This document shows, piece after piece, positions 55,071 to 64,000 of a stretch of 64,000 nucleotides of DNA; positions within the stretch are counted from its first letter, which is position 1, and each line of letters starts with the position of its first letter. The position numbers and the translations under genes were made by a program. The stretch comes from Tubiluchus corallicola (taxonomy: Eukaryota; Animalia; Priapulida), in the NCBI GenBank assembly GCA_030141605.1, contig JAQGDQ010000243.1:248001-312000 (forward strand), read 5' to 3'. The notes below the pieces were generated by a model. That model did no database searches. It saw only the letters and a program-made list of their open reading frames with translations, and had not been told where the DNA came from.

Positions 55071-57439
55071 GGAAGTGGAATATCTATAAAGACATGAAAT
55101 CGGATGTATGCTGGCATATATCTGTAGCAGTATTTGCTGTATAATTACCGCCTACATTTCCTGTGATAACGTTGTAGGAACACCAGGAAAATTTATTAGT
55201 TGCATCAAGAACTGTAGCTGCTTAATGATCATAAATTTACTTCAAAATCTGTATTTTAATCTATTTCTTGTTGTCAATTGAAGCTTAATGTGGTCTATAC
55301 TTGATGACACTCACTGTTTATATTTATTGATATCAGTTGACCTGACTGGTATAACAATCATCATATCTTATTGCTGAAATATATGAAATTGTCTGTTTGA
55401 TCGTGAGGCATAGGTTGACTGTAACTGTGTACGGTATTTTATTGCTAAATTTGCTGGTATATTATGTAGTGTTATTCTGTATATTAGGAATTATGTATCA
55501 TTTCTTAATATTTGATATACAACTGTGCTGGACACCAGTTTGCATTATATGTTACATATATCGTTAATCTCACTTTTATTAAATTGTAAATACGATTTTC
55601 ATCGGCTTTGTAGCTCCTAGTATGTTTTAGATTGACTGACATGGCCTGTTGTTAGACTGTTGATTCAGTGAAGTAATAGTAATTAAAGTTAATTTAACTG
55701 TGACAGTTATTTTTATAAAATATTATATTTTCGCATGAGTTTTCATAAGTTTCTATTACAAACAATATAGTTTTTTTTCTGAATTGGTTTTTGTTTTTAT
55801 ACTTGAATTAGTTGGTGATAAAAATTGTACAGGTCATTGTGCAGTTGTTGTGAGTGCCATGTGTCCTATGATCTTAAATTGTGGGTAGCAAACTAGCAAC
55901 ATCAGATTTTGTACGAATTCCTTTTTTAATAAATACTGTGCAATTGCATATGCTTTTATACTTGGCTTTTGAGCTATATTGCCAAAATACTGTATTTATA
56001 ATAAATTATTGTATAAATTCTTCTAATTGTATAGTTTCATTTTTCCGTATACTTTCAATTAATATTAACAATATCGGCCACATTATTAGCTTTTTAACGT
56101 TCTCTAGAGGTTTTTCTATTTTAACTGCAAAAATTGGGTGGCTTATCTTTGCAAATTGAAATACGCTGATGCATCGAAATTGATTCTCTAATACAGCTCA
56201 TGTACAGACCAAATGCAATTTGCAGATTAACTGTTGCAACAGTTTAAAGTCTACATGCTGCGTGCACAAACAAAATAATGTGTATACAGTCAAAAAGTAC
56301 CATTTTCAATTAGTTTAGATCATAACACTCTGATCATGTGAGTGTTACAAACGAAACTACCAAACTTAATTGTTTAACAGTGTAGCAAACGATATATAAT
56401 TTTATACAAAAAATGTAGATAGAAAAATTAAAACTACAATTTATATTATTACAAAGTGAATTAAGCTGCATGTCAATAGTGCAGTACAGTAATACGCAAC
56501 ATGTGGATATTATTTTCCCACGCCTACAACAATGTTTGAATAGCAAACGTAAAGGATTTTCCCCGCCTACAACAATGAGTGTGCAGCATGTATATTATAG
56601 CAATGAATTACAACCAAACCTACATCAAGGATAAAAATAATTTCGTGGCGTTTTTTGGCCGAACATTTACGTAACATATGTTAATTATTATTAATGTTAA
56701 TGATAAATGAATCCGACAAAGTTGTAGTGATATGACCTTTTTTCAACGATCAAGTATTGTTTTAATAAGAAAGTATCTGAGCGGTTAATGTCGACAATGG
56801 AACACTACAGCTTTCTACAGTTACATACAGATAATAATTTAATAATGAATTTCATAGGGCTGGGCTAAAACGAACTAAAGCGAGAGAGGAATAAGAATAA
56901 GAGTGAGAGAAGAGAGAAAGGGAGATGGAAGATTGAAGAGAGTTTGAAGATTGAAGGGAGACAAGAGAGGGAGGCAGAGACGGGGAGAGAAATTCTATTG
57001 CAGTAACGTAGATCGTAACGTAAAACCTGATTCTATGACAACGGTCAATACTATTCTAATAGACATCTTGGCAGTTTAGCAGAAAAAAACTAAATAAGAA
57101 GCTAGTAACGCGATTCTTTGTTCCGGACCAGCGTGAACAATCACGAAGTTATAGAATCGGTAAATGCAACCGCTCTAGTGGCTACAGCTGACAATAATAA
57201 CATGATCAACGACACGGTCTAGACATAATTAAATTTTGTCACACTCACCCTTATCTAAAGTGACTGCTTTGTTTGGCGCAAACGATCAATTATAAAAAAT
57301 AACGGACATTCAAGTTTATGTGAGCCTTTTGTATAAGAGCCTTGTCCGGTGTCTAAAACAAACTCTAATCTTGTACGGATTAAATGAATTACCACTTAGT
57401 ATAAGAAATAAAGTTGCCATGCTTAACTGAGCACAGTTC

Positions 57440-58106
57440 AATGAGACGTTAGAAGCGTCTATGAGAAGCCATTTACGTTTCACGAAACGCCACGCAGACT
57501 ACCAAATTACCGATTTCATTTCTCCAGACGCTTGCAAACGGACAAAATAAAAATGCGTTCGATAGACTAAGCCGACGCCGCAATTCTTCTTCTGAGTTTT
57601 CGAGACAAATGGGAGTCCTTAAATTCTCTATAGAATGACGCATTGAGTCAATTATTTCCCCTTGAGAATACCACCCATCTGAACACACGCTGAACATGTA
57701 AAGACAAGCACTAAAAATAATGCCGTACCGATATAAAATTGTTCCTTCGAGAACACTAAAGATTGGTGAATCTCAAATGCAAGATAAAGGACTTGGTGTG
57801 AAAAATTTACTGTGGAGGGTTGGAAGTGTTAAAAAATTTAAAACTCTCGAATGATGGATCATTCACTTGTTTCTTTCAGAAGTCCCGTGCTTGATTGAAA
57901 AAAACATTGCAAGAAACAGCAAAGCCAAAATAAGAACTTTTATAGCCTTGGATCTTGGGACAAAAGTTCTCTTCAGTGTATTCTTAGCTACGCTATCATC
58001 GAGCCATGGATTCCATTGTGCAATTCATTGGAAGACGAATAATCATGTATTAGTGAAATGGCCAGCACTTTGTAATCCGAAGACCACAACTACGATAACC
58101 ATGTAA
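57440..58106 (+). pseudogene. Decayed hAT/ZBED-like transposase fragment (tentative)
   Basis: Stop-interrupted frames give SMRSHL..H, RQALKIMPYRYKIVPSRT and KAKIRTFIALDLGTK...HWKTNNHVL. These resemble hAT motifs (epRYkiPSRt; D.Wt; W.l..hvL). Confidence 0.35.
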
Positions 58107-59167
58107 CCACATTAATAATGCTCATCCTTTTCTCGAATCTCGAAAACAACTACTGTCTGACGTAATCACTTATCGCATAATCCAGTAAATGAGACATCTC
58201 CCAAGTTAATAACGGAGCTAAATTAGTATACTGCCTCTGCTCAGTCCGTGCTCAGTGATAGATCAGTAATTACATAAGAATTCACTCAGTTTCCTTGTTA
58301 TCCAATCATACTCCATTACTGTAAAGAACTATAGGGCTTTCTTTTAATCCCTCATTTAATCCCCCCCCCAGTCTATTTGTATTCTATTTAAAGCAAAGGT
58401 TATTCAATTAATTGTCGTATGTTCGTTTGTTTTTCTAACTTCTAGCCAGCTTGGCTAGCTGAACTGAAAACACTGAATCACTCTCTTTTCTAATCTCTAG
58501 ACAGTAATTCGCCGAGAAGTTTTATTGTTTCTCAAGAAATTTAGCAATTTTCTGCGCGAAATTCCAATTGGTTTCGTTACGAACAGACACTTAAACGCGC
58601 TTTACAATCAGTTTTATGCGAAAAACAAGCCATATAACTCCATCGCCATTTAAAATTTGTTTTTATACCTCCAGCCATAACATGTAAACGGAGCAGCAAA
58701 CAATTTCTACATTGTGGTGAGATGAGAAAACCCCGTAGTGGCTTAACAACGCTTTATCATATGCTTGGCAGTAAAAGCAGTAGGTCTTAAATGAATATCA
58801 TATGAATGGTCTTATTTTCTCACGTGAAATTAAACCAGCAGAATGAAGATCCTGATACTGATACTGTTTCGAACTGAAGACTTAATGCGAGCTAAAAATC
58901 GCAGTACTTTCACATGTTTAATTATGTGGAAGTTCAATCTTCTTGCAATGTTTACTAACTGTAGTATTGTATTCGTGCATACACTGTATGCGATTTTAAA
59001 TAATACGTATGCCGAGTCGTATAATGATATTGTTGTAATTACTTCCTCAAGTTTTTCTAACTAGTCGGTTTTACATAACCATTGGTTTTGATCTTCTAAA
59101 TTTATGAAAGCCACCAGATTCTCAACTTTTTTCTAGGCTATATCATGTAAAGATGCACTAATCTGTA

Positions 59168-59760
59168 TATTATTATTATTATTATGAGTTTATTTTGTAT
59201 AAAAATATACAGTTTACAAAGATAAAGATGTTAGTAAAACAGGTAATGCGATATTAGTAAAGTAACATATCTGCAGACATTCAACGTGATAATCACCACA
59301 CATTGTAGTTCCCTTGTAATTATATTACATTATACAGTGTTGTAAGGAGCTGTAATAGATATCTTAAAACATAATCTTTAAATGAATTCCTAACCTTTAA
59401 TTTTACATTTTCGTTTAGATCTACAGTACAACCATATTTAAATCTTAAATTTACTTGACTGTTATTTATATAGTAGCATAGCTTTGGAATTCTCAATGTG
59501 CAAGAGTTTACAATTTTTCTCACAAAGTTTAATTCTCGACTATCTATTAAATAATTCGCAGGCATTGTGCCACAAAAATGCATTTAACAGTTTTCACGCT
59601 TTCATTTTGTCTAAAATCGAATAATTTTCTATAAGCAGTGTTCCATTTTACCCTAACGGTATTAACTTCATTGTTTGATATACCGCCAATTTCGCATCCG
59701 TATAACAAAACGGGTAGACAACATGTATTGATCAGAGTTTTAGCTAGTATGTCATTACGA
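59168..59760 (-). mobile_element. Decayed LINE (CR1/L2/Crack-group) 3' fragment with (AAT)n tail
   Basis: The minus strand reads KTLINTCCLPVLLYGCEI..., WNTAYRKLF and HFCGTMP, ending in an aat repeat. Confidence 0.6.
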
Positions 59761-60377
59761 TTATGGCAACGATATTAACGATACTTATAGCTCGTGCACT
59801 GTATTTGATAGCTTGAATAAATTCAATAACGTGGAAAGATTAGTTGGATTTTCGAGTCAAGAATTGATAGTTAGCGCTCCTCTTTCAAGCGCTGCAATGC
59901 ACACCAGCCATGTGATTTGTCTGAGTTCCAAAAACGAGGTACTTTGTATTTCTTGATATCTTAAGATCTTCTTGGTTTATAACGGTTATCTTAGAAAAGC
60001 ATCATTACCCTTTAATCATGTAATTTCCCATATGCAGAACCCTGATTAACAAAACTTAGTAGCTACAAAATTGCGCTGTGATCTGGGAAAATGCGGGGAA
60101 ACCCATAAACTTTTCAGTTTGTTTACTAGTGCAGCTTTTCTCTAATACAAACAATAAGAAGTATTATTAACGTCTTTACTGTACAGAAAATGTTTACTTA
60201 ACGATTATGTCAACCGTTGTAGAAGCATTTCAATGAGATATTACATATTCCAAGAACTGAACATTCTTAATGTAAACAGCTGCGAGAAAGGAAACTCTAA
60301 TTTCCTTAGCTACAGACGTTTCGCGCCCAAAGAGCAATTTTCGTGAAATTTCACAAGCAGCTAAAAGTTGCTTTATA

Positions 60378-60871
60378 TGGTACAAACCCAGAATTAACTA
60401 AATTTTGATATCAAACTTAAAATATATTAAGTGTGGAAAAATAGGAATACAGCCTGGATTTGAACTAGGCAAATAGTAGGCCTCTGTATTCTCCAGTGAT
60501 CAAGGTAGTCCAACTTCGTGCTTCATAGCTGACCACCCAATATCTTCTCGATGTTAGATCACTCACCTAGAGTGATTATGACTAATTAGATTAGTTTAAT
60601 GATTAACTAATTAATTGGTCACAGAAATTTCAGGCTCAAGATCAATCAGAATAGAATAAACTTAATGTCAAAATTGTTATTACTGATTGTACAACTCACA
60701 AGAGGTTAACTTTAGACTGCTTTTGTCACTGGAGAATAAGGTGACTTAGTGGTCTAAGGCATCCGCCTTGTGAGCAAGTCCCTGGTTCAAAACTAGGCTG
60801 TATTACATTTTTTCGAACTTCCTGTCTTTCAAGTTTAGTATAAAAAGTTAATGAATTGTGGGTTTGTACCA
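60378..60871. mobile_element. Diverged long-TIR foldback element
   Basis: tggtacaaaccca...aatacagcct...tattctccagtga (60378-~60512) is the inverse of tcactggagaata...aggctgtatt...tgggtttgtacca (~60714-60871). Confidence 0.6.
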
Positions 60872-61051
60872 CCATTCTATAATGGTACAATAGTTCTACT
60901 CTGTACCACCATCGCGTATAGTTTTTATTTTATTAATTTAAGAATGGTAGCTGACTCGACGACCTGATGATCTTTCGCTACCCTTTCTCTTGCACTAACT
61001 TAATCACTTTTTAATATATAATTTCTTCCTTTTATTTTCGTGAAAATTTTA

Positions 61052-61326
61052 GACCAGACGGTTTAGTCTAGTGGTAATGCGTCTGCTTTCCGTCTGGGAG
61101 GTTGTGAGTTCGAACCAGCGGCCGGGTAATACACCAAAGACTTTAAAAATGCTACCTGCTGTTGCCCTGCCTGACGCGTGGTATTTAGGGTACAAGTGGG
61201 GTAATCATAGTCTCTGTGATGTAGTTGTAGGTTGTTATTTACAGTCGGCGATAATAGCTCTTTGAGCTAATGTTAATTGTTGACCCAAAAGCCGACTTTA
61301 AATAAAGATTATTATTATTATTATTA
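61052..61326 (+). mobile_element. tRNA-derived SINE with Meta-like central domain and (ATT)n tail
   Basis: A box tagtctagtgg, B box gttcgaacc, then ccaaagactttaaaaatgctacctgctg..., AATAAA and an att tail. The Meta-domain assignment is from memory. Confidence 0.7.
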
Positions 61327-62976
61327 TGTACTGGCTTAGTTAAACTGCAGAAATCCCTGCAAGCCTAGCAGAGCACTCGAACCCTTATTGCCGTGAAAGA
61401 ATTTAAATTGTGAAGTCAGACAGGATCCAATTTACATTCATAACGGTGACTCGGCAATAATTCAACAGGCTGGTTAAACAATTATTGTTGAAAACCATTT
61501 AAGAATCGTTAAGCTACTGGTTACAGGACCGGGAAGCGGAGATTAAAAGTTGACTTGCTGATAACTTCTACAACTGCTTTGTGGGCTTTGCGACAGAGGG
61601 CCTCCGATTAGCGCGAGTATACAGATAATTTGCGTCACGCTGTACAAATTCTTCAGTGAGCACTGCAGCTCAAATGTATGTTATGGAGGTAAAGTAGACC
61701 TTTGGTATATCTTTAGACTTTAATATTATGCAATAATGAACGCTAATCCTAAAGAATTTTAAGATAGTTTTGCTTTCAACTCTTTTCTTCATGACTAAAC
61801 ATACATGTTTATCCACTTTTGCTAGCTACAAGGGAAAAATTATTATTTTTTCTTCATTTGGCTCTAGGTCTCATAATATTAATTTTAAATACGTAATGGT
61901 TAAAGTATTATTTAAAAATAATCACGTGTGTCTCTACTTTCCCATTATTTTATTATAAACTAACACATTCGTATAGTAATTCAATTTTCATTCGTCTTAA
62001 ATGTAAGATCTGATAATTTTTAATTACCTGGTACATGCGCATTAATTAATTAATTATATTAGTAACAATTGTGAGAGGGTGGCTGACCTCGGTAACTTAT
62101 AGTTCTTTCGCCACCATTTCACCACTAATCAATAATTACTTTTGCACTTTGTAATATTATTCTGTTGTACAGATTTATAAATCTCTTAGTTATATGTATT
62201 TTGCTATTTTAAAAATGGTGATAAACTAATAAACTTACTTACTTACTTATTAAATATCGTAATAAGAATTCTCTTTCTAACTAAATCGAGTCGTTCCGAC
62301 GGCAAGTATAAAATCTATGCTACTTTCTTTGCGAAGCTTCTGAAACATTTGATCAACTGGCCAACACTGTTTTAACTAAGCAATGCAATCACTTTCCCGT
62401 CAAATAAATAACATCGAGCAAACAAAATTTTATTTTTGAATATAATCAACAAACAAAGATGTGGATGAAGTGTGAAACATTCGTTTATTTGACAAAATAA
62501 TGTAAAATACTAAAAAACTGATGCAGTATAGTAGCATCATCGAGGTAAATCTATTAAAGTTTGAAAACTTAGCATTCAAACATGGTTTAAGAGACTGTAT
62601 GAAATTAATTCAAAATCTCTAGTATGAGATATCTGCAGTTACACATGAAATGATTATGTACAAAAAAAGATCCAATTTCAACATAGTTATTTTCATATTA
62701 CTGTATATTGTATAAGATGGGAAAAATAAACATGTTTCGTCATGTTCTATAATAACTGACTTCACTAACACATAAAATCTATTAGGTATTAAGTAATAAT
62801 TATTAATATATACAATAAGGATATTTACATTATATACACACGTACTAAACTAGCTAATGTATCCGTGCAATTCAATATTGATTCTTCTTAGGATAACATC
62901 TAAGTTTAGTATTAGGATTACCAAGCTGTGCAGTTACATTGTGCATACACACAATTGTTTAGAAACATATTATTAA

Positions 62977-63436
62977 CCCTTTCATACCCGTTGTATCCCG
63001 TGGGATACGAGAATATTTTCTGCCTTTAAAATTAATAAAATTTTAAAACTGAGAGTTATTTGATCTGTTAGTAGTTATTTTGATTTAAGCCAATAACAAC
63101 AGACTAAAAATGGTGATAAAATGGCAAACTAGAAAATCTACATAGTATAAAAAACTGCGCTAGGTACAGTACTTTAGAGATGACTTTGTACAGATCAGCA
63201 TAGCATGCATACTAAATGTCTTAAATACTTTAAAAAATTATCACCAGTTACAAAATGAAGCACATTTTACGCTTCCATTGAATCCCAATGTATCCCGTGG
63301 GATACAGACTATATTTAGCATGCGGGCACAGGTAGAAAAAAATAATTATTATGTGTAAACAAGATGGACATACTGAACAAAAGTACCAAGCCAAAAAATT
63401 TTTTCTTATTAAAAAAATAATTTGGGACTGAAAGGG
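62977..63436. mobile_element. piggyBac-like MITE
   Basis: TTAA|CCCTTTCA...TGAAAGGG|TTAA; the internal palindrome gtatcccgtgggatac occurs twice. Confidence 0.85.
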
Positions 63437-64000
63437 TTAAGAATTAAGCTAATTTGGATTTTTGACCACTTAAGGAGTGAATCTCTTTCAATATTTAATC
63501 AAAGACGGACACACTTTTTCTGACAAAAATGAAAGATTTAATTATTTAACAAAGTCTAACTTGTATTTTACAGTTAATACAGAAAAACGACTAGCTCAAT
63601 AGTATTATGTACATTGTTGTACAGGTGATTAAATACACAAGCAATGGCACATACTACATGTGAATTACACATGCTCAGAGATACAGCTATTTCTTACCAT
63701 ACGTATCTCATTGTGTTAATCATGTGTTTATGAATCACAGCAGCACCTCTATGAAACGAACTGCAAGCTTTCAAAAGGCATTCACACAACCAAGAAAATT
63801 CTAAAGATCTCTTGATCACGGTGTTCCACTAAATTGGGGCTCGATATTCTGTCTCTTGCACAAAACATAGTCTTAACAATATAACTCTGAAAACTAAATT
63901 ATCTCCTAGCACAAAAATAGCATGATGTAGAAGCAATTTGCAGAATATGACCATAATGACATCCAGATCTTTTTTTCAGATTAAGAAGTTGTTACATTAG

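Noticed and set aside
57867-58106. Fanzor/TnpB nuclease
   Set aside because: Only a RuvC-I-like IALDLG is present; flanking motifs fit a hAT transposase better and the frame is broken
61055-61130. tRNA gene
   Set aside because: The acceptor stem does not pair and the sequence continues into a SINE body and (ATT)n tail

Overview
AT-rich animal genomic DNA with spliceosomal GT-AG introns and TTAGGG repeats, probably from an invertebrate (lophotrochozoan-like; this is inference). It is a compact housekeeping-gene block: two exons of an OTU-domain deubiquitinase (+), an intronless SWEET transporter (-) head-to-head with RPS28 (+), PIF1 helicase (-, 10 coding exons), ACP5/TRAP purple acid phosphatase (-), eIF2B gamma (+, 11 coding exons) and an intronless c-Jun (+) with a motif-rich immediate-early promoter. 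Introns and spacers hold many small mobile elements. These include two TSD-flanked copies of a 5S rRNA-derived SINE, three solo LTRs at NNTAC targets and three CAGGG-TIR MITEs with 6-bp TSDs. There are also Kolobok-, piggyBac- and Tigger-like MITEs, a tRNA SINE, LINE ends and a decayed hAT-like transposase. Notable non-coding structures: an intronic telomeric tract bounded by consensus splice sites, a 57-bp 3'UTR array with a poly(A) signal in every unit, and an 18 x 68-bp satellite. All coordinates were read by eye and no database search was run, so every novelty claim is provisional.
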